DNA of 61,967 bases, the filler included, from Dimargaris cristalligena (Eukaryota), in NCBI GenBank assembly GCA_003614675.1. It is 15 parts of 15 records of this genome, joined end to end, with 100 filler letters (N's around TTAATTAATTAA, not from the genome) between each part and the next. Parts side by side here need not be neighbours in the genome. Positions count along the whole stretch, not along the records: positions 49,795 to 53,795 come from ML003845.1; positions 53,896 to 57,883 come from ML003846.1; positions 57,984 to 61,967 come from ML003847.1; 12 more parts are not named here. One strand, 5' to 3'. Position numbers and translations under genes: made by a program. Positions 49,795 through 61,915 of this stretch are shown piece by piece (within the stretch, counting starts at the first letter, position 1; each line of letters opens with the position of its first letter). Under the pieces are notes generated by a model. The model worked only from the letters and a program-made list of their open reading frames with translations, did not search any database and was not told where the DNA came from.

Positions 49795-50073
49795 GCATCC
49801 CCAAAGGCGGCCCCGGTTGACAAGAAAGCCATCGCCCCACCCTCTAAAGCTTCTGCGAATGGCAAATCTAATAGTAGTAGCCTTCAAAAACCCACCGTTA
49901 GTAGCACGAGCAAGAGCACTGTCCCTAAGAAGAACGCTCCCGCGGCCGCAAAACCGAGGTGGGTTAATACGATGCGTGCATGATAGCCAGTCTTTAATCC
50001 TCTGAGCCTTGATTGGCCCGGACTTACTGACAACTCCTGGCGGTGCATATGACTCGAAAGCAGACCCAGGTAA
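49795..50073 (+). CDS. 3' end of an unknown K/A/S/P-rich protein; exons 49795-49958 and 50064-50073
   Basis: Open frame ASPKAAPVDKK...PAAAKPR, then a GTGGGT...ACTGAC...GCAG intron, then PR*. Confidence 0.55.
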
Positions 50074-50365
50074 CAATTGCACCTGCTCTCTGTCGTTCTT
50101 GCCCCCCAGCATCAACATATTCTCTTATGAATTCATATTTCATTAATATCTCTCCCAATATTTAATGCCGCTTCGGTATCTAATAATGGTATATTATAGC
50201 CCGGATAAGGAATTTCTGCATCTCCCACTTATATTTGAAGATTGGTATGTTGTTTGCAAAAATAAATGCATGGTTTAAATTGATTTCCGTAGAATGCGGT
50301 TTATTTTAAGGAACCTAAACTGGCGGATTTAGATAAATATACATCGGCTTGACTTTAGTTTAATA

Positions 50366-50506
50366 TATGGGTGAAGTTCGGCTTGGCTGTATAAGGTTTT
50401 AACTGATGTGTGTATGGGAAAATCGGTGGGATATGTTTTTCACCTAATAGTATTTGCCTTATCAAATGGATTTTTCATTTTACAGCCTGGTTGAACAGCT
50501 CCCATA
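50366..50506. mobile_element. MITE family F copy
   Basis: 141 bp, TATGGGTGAAGTTC...GAACAGCTCCCATA. Confidence 0.8.
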
Positions 50507-51613
50507 TGATGCCATTTGTCGATGCCTGATATGCATGAGTACCAGTTACCGGTTTAAACCATTCCCAGTATTACACCCACATATTATGAGTCTCCTCCAA
50601 TGGCTCTGGGTTTTTTCATATATCCATGTTAAGTTTTTAAGAAATTAATTAAATCTCGTCCAGCTGAGTGTGCATCTCGGGCTAACATCCTATACCCGGA
50701 CTATAATTTTATACTATTTAGCATTTTTACACCCAAAGCGCACTTAATAACATTGTATTTACTATTCAACTTTAATATTATAACATTGATGAGTACCATG
50801 TACTCACGGCCAGTTTTATCAATTTAGTTAACATTTTAATTAGGAACACTAACAAAAGCCATCGCCAGTCCACTTAGGGTAGGGACCGGGCGCATTTTAG
50901 AGAATATTGTGAAGTTGTGTGAAAGAGACTGCTTCAATGACTGTTGAATACTAGGTAGACGAGAGTGCTTAGCCACAGTGACAGCCCAGGTGGAAGGAAT
51001 GAAAAAAAGGATGTGTATGCCTACACAATATATGTTAAATGCATTTATTACTTTAATAATTTGACATGTTAGCTATAGTTGGCCCAGCTTTGATATATCC
51101 AGGTTAATTGCATGTAACTGAGGGTGTTGAGATCACTATCCAGAGGGAAATATGACAGTATTTCATGAGTTAACTAGCAATAGAATGCTGGCGGGAGATT
51201 CCAAGGGAGTGTAGTATAGGCTGGAATTGTCCACGTTAATTTAAGAGGGAGGACTAATATTCTGATAGTTAAAATTCGTTGGATTGAATGTGATTGATAT
51301 AAGTGTTTACTCCTTTGGTTTTTAAGTTGATATACCCAAATGGATAAAAGAGTAGCTACAAAAACAGAAAGGGTTGTCAAAATATGAAAGACATATTGCC
51401 CAGTGAAGTCAATGGAAAGCACTGTGCGTTACTATGGGCTATTTAGATATTATAGACTAACAGATATCACAGCTACACTACAAAACCATTCACCACTCAA
51501 ATACAGCTAGTTATACGTATTGGTTTCAGCGCCACAACTATGAATTTTGTGGTTCAATGTGTAATTTTAGGGCCCAACAGCTGCAACTAATCAACCATAG
51601 TTCCCATTTTACC

Positions 51614-52660
51614 ATGCCACCATATTTACATTTCTCATCCGTTTCATTCCGTGAATTGTTCGGTTCCGCCTCGTCGGACAGCGATACCGACGGCGGCGAT
51701 TCCGAGCATCCTTCCGATACTCCGCGGCATCCGTTTGCCGAATGGCGACTTCTACCGATTCCGGTCCCGGCCGTAGCAGACCTCACTGGCCCCCTGGGGC
51801 GGGGGGACCTGCCTTTGATAACACCCCACCCGGTCATTTTACAACCCCTGCCGGGACTGGTCATCGTTAAACGCTGGCTCGATCCCGACCGCCATCAGAT
51901 TCCCTTACTAGCGGCTTTGGTTCGTCTGGGCTATTTTGCAACATATTCCTGTAATCAAATGATGCATTTCGGGCCTCTGCCGGGGCCGCTCGCCTGGCTC
52001 AATGGTCTGTTCCGTACGCATACTGACACACTATTTCCTACCGGTATTGGTTCGGCGGATAGAGCCAAGGTCTGCGATTCGGACCTTGGGGAGGGTCAAC
52101 CCCCCTTTTCCCGGTGCTCTAACTCCGACAACCCCAATAACCCCGCATTATCAGTCTCGTCCTCCACCCAACCGCCGGCTACACTGAGACACCCCTTCTT
52201 CAACCAAATTATTGGGAATATGTATCGGCCGGGTGATGGCATTAAACCCCACGTGGATTTGGCCCGGTTCGAAGACGGGATTGGCATCATTTCCCTCGGC
52301 TCGTCCTGTGTCATGCAGTTTCGGCCGGCCACAGCCCAAGACCGGCTCGCCTCTGGATTTACGTCTACAGAGTCCACGATACCACCTTCCAATTCAACAA
52401 CGAATGTTGCGGAGTCTAGTGACCTGGTAAATGTTTTTCTGGAACCAGGGGATGTGCTAGCCATGAGTAAAGCGGCCCGCTACCACTGGACCCATGCTAT
52501 ACCCGAAACGGAAATGGACGTCTTCGACCAGGTTGCCTACCCTCGGGGACTGCGCATATCCCTAACGCTTCGGCGAGTATGCGATTGGGCGCTGACGGGG
52601 CCCGACACTGATACCCATGACACAAATATGGACGGCACCACCGCCATGTCCGCCTACTAG
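51614..52660 (+). CDS. AlkB-family 2OG-Fe(II) dioxygenase; alternative start at 51557
   Basis: FNQIIGNMYRPGDGIKPHVD (HxD), IISLGS, LEPGDVLAM...ARYHWTHAI (distal His), RISLTLR. Confidence 0.92.
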   Translation: MPPYLHFSSVSFRELFGSASSDSDTDGGDSEHPSDTPRHPFAEWRLLPIPVPAVADLTGPLGRGDLPLITPHPVILQPLPGLVIVKRWLDPDRHQIPLLAALVRLGYFATYSCNQMMHFGPLPGPLAWLNGLFRTHTDTLFPTGIGSADRAKVCDSDLGEGQPPFSRCSNSDNPNNPALSVSSSTQPPATLRHPFFNQIIGNMYRPGDGIKPHVDLARFEDGIGIISLGSSCVMQFRPATAQDRLASGFTSTESTIPPSNSTTNVAESSDLVNVFLEPGDVLAMSKAARYHWTHAIPETEMDVFDQVAYPRGLRISLTLRRVCDWALTGPDTDTHDTNMDGTTAMSAY

Positions 52661-53192
52661 TTAAATGGGAGAGAATCTCTACTATTTATAGTTGGGTAGT
52701 TCTCATGGAGCAAATCCAAAAAAGAGAAGCACTGCTTGCCACCATGGCCAATTCAAAGAAAAAAATATATAATAAATGTAAAATAAGTATGGTTGTTTAC
52801 CAAAATCGGGAACCCAAAGGGAAGAAAAAGTTAGCAAAACGTAAATGAATATTCATTAGTATCCACCACTTGATTGTGAATAATTTAGTGTTTTTCACTG
52901 GATAAAATAAAAATGAATACACTGCGTCAAATACAGCGAGCGGGGCTAATAAGGGTGGGACATTGGATAAAATGAATTACAACAGACGTTTGAAAACAAA
53001 GAGAGGCAAAAATAGGCCACTATTGCGCAGAAAAAAAATCAAATTCGTCGGTATATAAGTACTTGAAAGATACGCGATAGAAATCAGAGACAAAACGAAG
53101 GGCACGTATAGCATGGCTGTTATCATAGCAATGGCAACGTAGTAAAATACCCCCCCACACCCATTCCTTTCCCTCACCCTAGCTGCGCTATT

Positions 53193-53795
53193 TTAATTGC
53201 CACCAGGGTTCGGCCGAGGTCGGACAGGTGTAGCTGCGGGACCCGCTCCACCATCACCATCGTGCGGCCGTTTCTGATTTCCACCCGGCGGTCTAGGCTG
53301 CGGTCTTCCAACTCCACCTCCAGGCCCGTTAGCGGGTCGGGGCTGTTGGTTGGGTATCGGACGAGGCGGTCTACCCCCGGTGGTTTGAGGGTTGGCGCCC
53401 GGCTGGGGTCGGTTGGCGATACTGATACCCATGGGGCGGAAAGGAGCCGCGTTGGGTTGTAGATTGGCGGGCGGGTTACGAACACCGGTGGGCCGGGCCG
53501 GACGGGGAGTCGTGGCGGTGGGGTGCCCCGGTGTCGGCGCAGTCGCGGTTGTCGGCGTCGTCGCTGTGGAGTTCGCCGGGGGGTCCACGGGTTTACTTCC
53601 CAAATCCACCACCTGTTTCTTCAGTGTACGCACATAATTATCCAAATCCCGGTTCTTGGCCATGGTGTTTTGCAGTAAACTACGCTTGGCCGCATCGCGT
53701 TTGGTGTTCTCCTCCTGGCGCTTTTGCTGGGCCATATTGAAGATCGTCTTTTGCTCGGCTAAAGCGGCATCAATCGCGGCCTGGTTGGCCTTTCT
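53193..53795 (-). CDS. 3' end of a coiled-coil protein with a P/G-rich tail and terminal NLS, Mlp1/Tpr-like
   Basis: Coiled-coil segment, then a low-complexity tail ending QKRPHDGDGG...VRPRP, resembling fungal nuclear-basket Mlp1/Nup211 C-termini. The identity is tentative. Confidence 0.55.
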   Translation of the reverse strand, partial: RKANQAAIDAALAEQKTIFNMAQQKRQEENTKRDAAKRSLLQNTMAKNRDLDNYVRTLKKQVVDLGSKPVDPPANSTATTPTTATAPTPGHPTATTPRPARPTGVRNPPANLQPNAAPFRPMGISIANRPQPGANPQTTGGRPPRPIPNQQPRPANGPGGGVGRPQPRPPGGNQKRPHDGDGGAGPAATPVRPRPNPGGN

Positions 53796-54039
53796 NNNNN
53801 NNNNNNNNNNNNNNNNNNNNNNNNNNNNNNNNNNNNNNNTTAATTAATTAANNNNNNNNNNNNNNNNNNNNNNNNNNNNNNNNNNNNNNNNNNNNTTTCT
53901 AAACTAAAAATAGTTTGGCCGGGATATACTACTAAAGATTAAGTAGGCCCGGCCACAACACCGTATTATTACAACCGGGCCCTTTGCGTCAATCGCCACA
54001 TGATTTGGGTGTTATTATACCCCAGTGGATATCCCATGG

Positions 54040-54417
54040 CTGCGCCTGGTGCTATGATATTCAATTATATAACCCCAGCCTACACTTGAGAGGCTCTACC
54101 TCCACCATTGGTTTGAACGTTCTTCTGGTCCCATCATTACAATTCCAGGATTTCCCTCTAGTGTCGCGTCCAGGGTGAATATTCCCCCCCGGGTTAGGCC
54201 TTGTTATTTATTAACCGATAGGCACCTGGTTTATCCCAATAAACTCCCTTATAAGCTTACCCTTGGGTTATGTTACCTATTCTCTAGGGGCTCATACATT
54301 GGTAGCTCCTCTTGTGTCTAATGAATTAGTCGTGCTTGAGATGGCACCCGATACAGTATTTCTAGAAAGCCAACTCGTGAATACTCTGGCATGGCACTAT
54401 TGCGGTTAACCACCGCA
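54040..54417 (+). mobile_element. Old family A-related LTR relic
   Basis: ttcttctggtcccat, aataaactcc.ttataagcttaccc and ctagaaagcc...gcggttaacc occur in family A order. Confidence 0.4.
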
Positions 54418-55036
54418 AAAAAAACCATTTAAATTTTCTAGATTTAGATTGACTATCTATTCAATGGCATGTAGGCCTTTTCCCGGTACAATACCCATGA
54501 AATATCGGTATAACTCTTGACAATATCATATATCTAAAACCAGGAGCGAGTTGATTTTATACCGATGGCTAGACTAGGCGATTGGAGGTGAAGGTCGTGC
54601 TTATGGTGTACAGCACACTTCGACAACAGCCAATACCATCTGCTTGTCAACATTTTGTCACTAAGGGTATAATATGGATGCCCAATTTTCTTTGTCTTAA
54701 GATATGGTCTCTTTCTGTGACATTTCCTTTGTGACTAAATGCAATTATTTTAATAGTATGAGGATTGGGGGGAAGTGTAAAGTGCGGCATCATTACAAAA
54801 ATAGGATTAGATAATTCAACTGTCTGCAAATAATAAGCAGAAATTAGCCCTCCATCCCAGACAATAAAATAGGCATCCAATGCCAAAAATAATCGATATA
54901 TACAATTACCAGCCCAACAATAGTTCTAGTATTGTTGCTAAAAAAAGCCAGCACGCCAACACGAGATCGCACATAGGTCAGTGTGGGAATTTATCGGCGA
55001 TATAAATGACGGGGAAGGTCAGAGAATAATGCATTA

Positions 55037-56437
55037 TCAATTTCGAGACCGTTTCGGCCCGTTGGCTGGTGGCACAGCGGGAGCTCGCATGTCCCACTTT
55101 GATTTCCGGACTTTTTCTAATAGTATATTAATACGGTATGGAACCCATGCAGTTGGATAGCTTGAATATCGTATAGATTAGCTCACGAGGGAAGCACGGA
55201 AGGCATGTAAAGCAAAGACGGGTCCTTCAAAAAAGAAAAGAAGGCCTGCCCTGATAACTCAACTCAGGTAAGGTATATCGATAGTGTCGGTGGAACTTAC
55301 TCGTCGGCGGCGGGGCTTGGGATGCCGCAGTTGGTAATGAAGTTACAGTTTGAAAAGTACCCGTTGAAACGAAACGACCCGCCTTACCGTCATCGGCAGC
55401 TTCGGCTTTTTTGACTAATTCCTCTAGTTGCATAAAAAATAGAAACGTTCGAATATAAGTACACGTTAGATATATCCTTACCCTCAATACGAGTATGGCT
55501 GTATTGCCATTGGGGTGGAGTAGGGCATACTCGCCTTCCTTACATGGTAAATTGTAATGACAGTTAGCAAAAAAAATATGGAGTTACCCTTCCTTACAAT
55601 GGTAACCATTAACTTACCCATTTCCCGGGCATACGCCGCCGGGGTGAACGCCTGGGGATCGAACAAGGCGGTCGGATAATTCGACCCAATCTCTTCGATA
55701 GCGAGGTGGTCAATTAGTTTGGCGCAAATGTGGGGGTTGCGAAAGGCTTTGCTTTGGTACATTCGGGTATTGAAATTGGCCCCCTGTTGCATGAGATCAT
55801 GCCACTGCGCGAATTTGTGCTGGACGTCGGGGTCACCCTCGCCGGTGGGCTCGTCGGGGATTCCCCAGTTCGCGATACCCGGGAGGGTTGGTGGGATTAA
55901 GAGGCGTCGTAAATGGGCTTCATCGACATCTACGTCCTCAGGCGTATCTAGGGTGGTGAGAGCGGCCCCGTTTGCCAAAGGATCGGTGGGCTTGTCGGCT
56001 ATTGGTACCTCCTCTTGGGGGTTATCGGGTTCGGCTGGCGATGAATTCGGATGGGGTGAAATAGCATCGACCTTTGGAATCGACAGCGGTTTACATGTTA
56101 TCTGGTAAACAGAGCGAAACGCCAAGGAGGTGATCAATATGGGTGAGTTTAATAAGCAAGGCCCCCCCCATTATCCCGATTGAGTATGTTTGTTATTGTT
56201 AACAATGGCACCCCTAGTAAGCCTCGTCGCTCCTTCTGTTTTAAATAGTAAGCCATTTTATACATATTTATATGCACTTACTGAAGACGCGTTTTGTGGG
56301 GAGGCCGTGTCCGTATACTGGACAATGCGATTGTGACCGGCTGTGTTAGTCGGGCTATCCGAATCTGACCCTTCATCGCTGGTGTCAATGTAAGAAAGCA
56401 GCCCCGCCAGTGAATTTTTCTCCGACGCGTCGGCCAT
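55037..56437 (-). CDS. SAP30BP: SAP30-binding protein / HCNGP-like protein; exons 56437-56282, 56101-55618, 55423-55301 and 55116-55037
   Basis: N-terminal LAGLLSY.D..DE, core FN..MYQSKAFRNPHICAKLIDHLAIEEIGSNYP..LFDP, C-terminal RKSKWD; three in-frame GT-AG introns. Confidence 0.9.
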
Positions 56438-56655
56438 GGGAATGAGGTAATAGGAACGGGTTGACAGAGGAATGTCGGTTTGGAAAATAAAGTACAAGTA
56501 GGGAAAGATTCAACCCGGCTATATAGGGGATAATACCTAAGAATTCGTTGACCTATTCAAGACAGATGTAACAATAGAGGAGGACAGTTATGTCAGTATA
56601 GGTAGAATTGTGCCAATGAGGGCTGTGAATAAGTGTATTTTTGGTATATTGCTAG

Positions 56656-56860
56656 TGCAACCCTCAGCGAAGACGGACAACTTCAAGCTTGAACGATCTC
56701 TCATCTCGACCAATGAGGACGCACTGCTCAGCTCCAATACCACGACCGCCTCCATAAAGTAAGCCGCGCGCATTGTTCACTTGGGCCAGACGGCGGAGCT
56801 ACAAATGATATAAAAGGAGGTATTGTCTATGTGCTCGATATATCCTTATGTTTATGTCAC
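56656..56860 (+). mobile_element. Family J LTR relic
   Basis: gacggacaacttcaagcttgaacgatctc...tcgaccaatgagg...gatataaaaggagg aligns with 22165-22335. Confidence 0.6.
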
Positions 56861-58273
56861 AGGCGTATGGTACGTCAAGGCATATGGCATCCCCCATAAT
56901 ACATAACAAAGAAAATTCAGTATCTAGTTCATTAAAGAAATTTTAAAGCAAACGATCCTAAAATAATTAGTTTAATGTAAGGACATTAATACAGAAGAAC
57001 TAAAGAAGTTCAATAGCCAATTCGAATACGTAAATAGGCTCTTCGGCAATAGTATCGTGGGTTAAAAATAAATTGTCCAAGACAAGAAAGGTGCTATTTT
57101 CTAAGAACTAGTACATGTTACTTATTTAAAGTGAGCCACTCATGATTCCTAGTATCCCTAATAGTATAGGAGCATACATCGGAATGTCCCAAGTAGCCCT
57201 ATTGGGTTCTTATATGCAAATTACACAGCTTAACCATGCTACCAGGAGCCAGTATATATTAACTGGCATTTCATTACACATTACATGATACCGAATTTGA
57301 TATTTTTAAGCCCGGTATATATTTATCAATATAACCTTTAGGTAAATCCCATTAAAAAGTAGATTTATAGTATTGTGTCAATAGGAGTCAAATGGGATAG
57401 GGTGTAAACGGGTTATTATGGTATAATGGTTACCAAATGCCCAATGGGGAGTAATAAATGCCTAGAGATACCATACGCTAGTAACACATTTTTGTGAAAA
57501 TAAAATTTTGTGAAAGATCTGGCGGTTCCAAGAGTATATCCTCCCTACTTGGCCAATTTGCCCTCCTATCCGAATTAAAACCAAGCCAAATAGTACCAAT
57601 GTATGTATGCCACTATAACCACCGCCACATTCTCCTATTATATTTCAGATGGCCAATTTGGTGCCATGGTGGATGGGGCTATTTACAATGATGGGCCCGT
57701 GAATATTATACTGGACTCACGCCAGAAATAGCCCACAGTACTATCCGTAGACATTTCATAAATGAGTATTGCCTTTAATAACAGACGAAGACTTGGGAGA
57801 ACGATGATTGCAGCCGGGACCAACTAGTCCCGTGGCTAAAGTTCGAGAAAGTACATGGACAGCTGAATCATGTTTTAGAAAAANNNNNNNNNNNNNNNNN
57901 NNNNNNNNNNNNNNNNNNNNNNNNNNNTTAATTAATTAANNNNNNNNNNNNNNNNNNNNNNNNNNNNNNNNNNNNNNNNNNNNAAGCCACTTAAGGCTAT
58001 ATACTGCCCCAGAAAAGGGCATTTCCAACTAGTAATTTGTATTTATGTTTATCGCATTCCTTTAATGGTGCCACCTACATTGAACCACCAGTAGGTACAT
58101 GGCAGTAGACAGTGGTGTATGTATTAGTGACCGCTACTATCCCTAAAAAAAACATATATAGTATCCACAAATACAGCCAACTAATCATGTAAATGGATTT
58201 TTTATTATATTGCTATCTATATATATCTGCATCACAAAATATTGTATCATCATCGCATTGCTGCTTTATTCAG

Positions 58274-58474
58274 GATGCCCCAAGACGCCTGGATCTACAC
58301 CGATTCCCAGTCAATGAACGCATTCATCCACCACGCGTCTCAATTAACCGGGTCCGCTTCAATCCCAACCCCGGAGCGTTTCCGTGGGTAGCATCGGGTG
58401 GCAACAGTGGCTTAGTCCGGATAGAAAATATTCAACATGACTGGCCCACCAAACCCCGTAGCATACCTTTGTGA
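58274..58474 (+). CDS. Last exon of a WD40 protein, TFIIIC subunit Tfc6/GTF3C2-like
   Basis: TTTATTCAG acceptor followed by PPRVSINRVRFNPN..PWVASGGNSGLVRIE. Confidence 0.7.
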   Translation, partial: DAPRRLDLHRFPVNERIHPPRVSINRVRFNPNPGAFPWVASGGNSGLVRIENIQHDWPTKPRSIPL

Positions 58475-59180
58475 AATCGGCCGAGTGAACTACAAAGGTA
58501 CAGTCAGGGGGCTTTGGTATCCCCAGAAACGGGAATCCATCCCCAAATTTGGAAGTTCCCTGATCCCGAAAAACCTGTTATCCTTTTATGCGCGTGATTG
58601 ATAATGACAATACGTCATTCCCGATCCTATATGCATCCCCCTAACCAATTTTAACAGCCAGCCTGTAACTTATAAGGTAAACCTATAGCTATGTTATTGA
58701 CATGGAGTAGGGTAATAAATGTAAATGTAAATGTATATATATATATATAATATAAAAAGTAGAGTTGTCAAAGGAGGTGGTTTAAGCCAGGAATATGCAA
58801 AATGAGGCGAATGGCGCTTGTAACTACAATATTTACGCCAAATAGGGAATAAGATGGGTGGCCCGGTATTTAGGGAGGGCAGAGCGATGCGACCACGCCT
58901 TAACAGATGGTACATTGAAAATATATAATAGAAGAAGGTGGGTCAGTGGAACTTATATAAAAAAATAAGAGAATAAAATAGAAAGTAGGTCAATATCGAC
59001 TAACAATGGACATGCTAAGAGGGGGAGGGGGGAAGGGTGTACAAACCCTCGACCAGGAACTACAAACACGGATTCGGTGGGGTTGTGCTATACATAGTAA
59101 ATCAGATTGGGGCGGCAGGTACGTCGTGTACGACGACATATGTATCGCATATATATTTTTTTCTTTTTCCGACCCCTGAT

Positions 59181-60284
59181 TTACAGGTAGAGAACCGCCA
59201 GGGCCACCAGGCCGAGTAGGTTCGCGACCACCAGCTGGGGATAGGCGGGGGATCCCGCCGACGAAGCGACCTCAGCGGTTGAGCCACTGGGTTTCTGGAC
59301 GGCGCGACTGGGATCGAGCACACCGTCGATGATATGCATAACCCCATTCGCCAGCAGAATATCGGCACGGACCACTTTGACATTGTTCACGTAAATATCG
59401 TTGGAGGCGGAACGGTTCAGAATCAGGGAGCCTTCCTCGAGGGTCTGGACCTGGATAGTATCCTGGATGCGGGTGGAATAAAGGACGGTCTGGTCGACCA
59501 GGGCATGGAAACTCAGCAGGTCAGCCAGTTGGCTGGTATTGAGGGACGGCCGCGTGGGGGTCATGGTCGCACCATCGAGGATGATGTCCAATTTGGACAG
59601 GGCGGCGTTGTTGGGCACAAAGAGGGTCAGCCCCCGGGCCTGTTCTAAGCGGGGGAAGAGACCCGCCTGGTTGAGTAAGGCTGTGGCGGTGGTGATATCG
59701 GCGATCCGGGGGGCCACCAGGGAGGCCTTGGCGGGAATTTCGAGGACCCGATCGATGATTTGGATGATACCATTACTCGCGCGCAAGTCGGTCTGAATGA
59801 TCGAGACATCGGTGCCCACGGAACCGCCCGTCAATGTGACGCCCCCCGCGCCGGCCGTTTGGTTAGGCCGGAACACAATCGCCTGGCCCTCCTGATAACT
59901 GGGCAGCTGGGCCTGCGCAGTATCATACAGGAGGGTGGACTCGAGCTGGTAGGAGGCCGAGAGGTTGGCGGCAAGGGCCGAAGTGGCCAAAATATGGTAG
60001 CGGAGGAGGGCATTCCAGTCGAGGGGCTGCACCCCCTGGAGGGCCTCATTGGACGGGGCCAGAAAGGTGTAGCGGTTGGAGGTGTTATTGAGGAGATTGC
60101 GGAGGTCCAGGAGATTGATATTCTGCAGAAGTTGGTACAGCGAGACGGTGACGTTGAGGCGCCCGAGATTCTGGTAGATAGTCAGTGACCCATCGGCGAC
60201 GTTGGTGGTGGCGGCGGTTTGGGCCGTCGCGGGGGTTACTCCAACGACGGCGAGGGTAAGGCTAAGCAGACTAAGTACACGCAT
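59181..60284 (-). CDS. Secreted, probably GPI-anchored fasciclin (2x FAS1) protein, 367 aa
   Basis: Signal peptide; YTFLAPSNEA / LLRYHI / SNGIIQIIDRVL and LTLFVPNNAA / LLSFHA / NGVMHIIDGVL; hydrophobic C-terminus. Confidence 0.93.
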   Translation of the reverse strand: MRVLSLLSLTLAVVGVTPATAQTAATTNVADGSLTIYQNLGRLNVTVSLYQLLQNINLLDLRNLLNNTSNRYTFLAPSNEALQGVQPLDWNALLRYHILATSALAANLSASYQLESTLLYDTAQAQLPSYQEGQAIVFRPNQTAGAGGVTLTGGSVGTDVSIIQTDLRASNGIIQIIDRVLEIPAKASLVAPRIADITTATALLNQAGLFPRLEQARGLTLFVPNNAALSKLDIILDGATMTPTRPSLNTSQLADLLSFHALVDQTVLYSTRIQDTIQVQTLEEGSLILNRSASNDIYVNNVKVVRADILLANGVMHIIDGVLDPSRAVQKPSGSTAEVASSAGSPAYPQLVVANLLGLVALAVLYL

Positions 60285-61068
60285 GGTAGGCCAGCGGAGA
60301 ATAATAGCAATAATAATAGGAATTTTATTTTAAAAAAATGGATAAATTGGAAGGAAAATAAAGCAAGCGGCGTAGTTGAGCGGAGTTACTCTTGATATGG
60401 AGTGGGTGTGGGATATGGCGAACAAGGTAGGCAACAGAAAGACACAGCACTCAAGGCTTTTTTGAATTGCCGACTCCCCCCCCCCCAGGCTGACGAATAA
60501 TCCGGCGGCATGGCCTGGGGGGAGGCCGCGAATGTGGAAGGCGAATTAGGTGATTGGAGGAACACAATAAAACGCCGGTGGGATTGACGCGCCTGGTTCC
60601 TCTCACCAACTGTGATACGCGCGTATCTACGAATGATCTCTCCACCTCATTCGGATAATCAATACAAGGGGTTGACAGCTAGGACAATAGATGTGCCGCT
60701 GGCTGCGTTAATGAAGCCTATTCACCCCCTTAACCACAGTCCAGCCCAAACAAGTGGGGGCGGGCCCGGCCAATTATTGAAGATGGGGTGTATATATATA
60801 TATTATTGTCTTATTAAATATAAATATTAATGTTTGGTGAAGGAATGGGCGGGCCATATCCCACCTATACGATCCAATACCATTGGGGTTCACGAAGCAT
60901 CCACTAGTGAAAAACATAGGTGGGAACATAATAGGGGCAGGCGAAACGCAGTGTAAAGCAAAAAAAAATCAGACATCCTGCAGGTTAGAGTAAATCATCA
61001 ACCTGCGCCTCGCTCGGTCCAGTCCAGTCCTGTCGACTTGGACCGCAGTGACAACTGGGAGACAGCCA

Positions 61069-61915
61069 TTAATCCGTATTACCGAACGGTGCAATATCCA
61101 AAGCATCCAGGACGCCACCTGCCAGGTGAAGACTGCCCGTTACCAGGACGTGGGCCCCGTTGCAGTGGTTCTGAATCCAGTCTACCGCCTCGCCGATGGA
61201 GCCCACCACCTCAACGGCTCCGCTGCTGTTGCTGTCAGCAGGAACCAAGGTCCGCCAGACTCGTTCGTGGGCACGCTGGTCGCTGAGCAGGGAAAGCAAC
61301 TGTTGCTGATCCGGCTTTTGACTATCCGGCCGATTGGTGATGTTTGGGCAGAACACCGCATGAGCCACCAATACCTTTCGATCGATAAAGAATTGGGCCA
61401 ATTGGGCCAACATGGCTTCGCCCGCCCGCCCCCCCGTGCAATTAAAGAGTAGCACCAGGGCAGGCCGGGGTTGATGATCTTCACCAGCTGGCTGTTCAAC
61501 ACAACCCTCGTACCACCGGCAGCACGCCTCAATACTCTCACGGGTATGGGCCCCGTCGATAAACCATTTAAGGTTATGGGCATCATCCCGAATAATCTGC
61601 GATCGGCCAGGCCATTGGGTCCGAGTCACGCTACTCACCACGTACTGGGGGAGGCCAGTATCGGGGTCGACTCGGTCAAGAAGGGCCTGGTTAAATGTCC
61701 GGGCCGGAGGGGCATCCCGGATCCAGGTGGTCACCAGTTGGGCAGCTAGTTGCGCGTTCTCCTTTTGATGCACACCTTCCATCGTCATTGGAATGGCGCG
61801 GTAGGCCGGGTCCGGGGTAAGCCAGCTTAGTTGGGCCCCTACGGCCACTGCCGTTTTCCCAATGGCCTCCATGGCTTCGGGTAACTGGGGTGTGCTGATG
61901 AGAGGTACACCAGGC
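61069..61915 (-). CDS. FPGS: Folylpolyglutamate synthase, 3' part
   Basis: PGVPLISTPQ, GVHQKENAQLA, WPGRSQ, WFIDGAHTRESI, VLLFNCT, VLVTGSLHLAGG. Confidence 0.92.

Larger units (their letters stand above)
4076..57983. other. 14 artificial contig-joining spacers (N44-TTAATTAATTAA-N44, 100 bp each) at 4076, 8251, 12422, 16587, 20740, 24889, 29038, 33182, 37326, 41455, 45579, 49695, 53796 and 57884
   Basis: Identical six-frame-stop linker flanked by 44 Ns each time. Intervening segments fall in length from 4075 to 3984 bp, as expected for size-sorted contigs. Confidence 0.99.

Noticed and set aside
4076..57983. Regularly spaced TTAATTAATTAA repeat, and ORFs running into Ns
   Set aside because: Artificial six-frame-stop linker between concatenated contigs. 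It is not a CRISPR or biological repeat, and genes on different segments are not neighbours.
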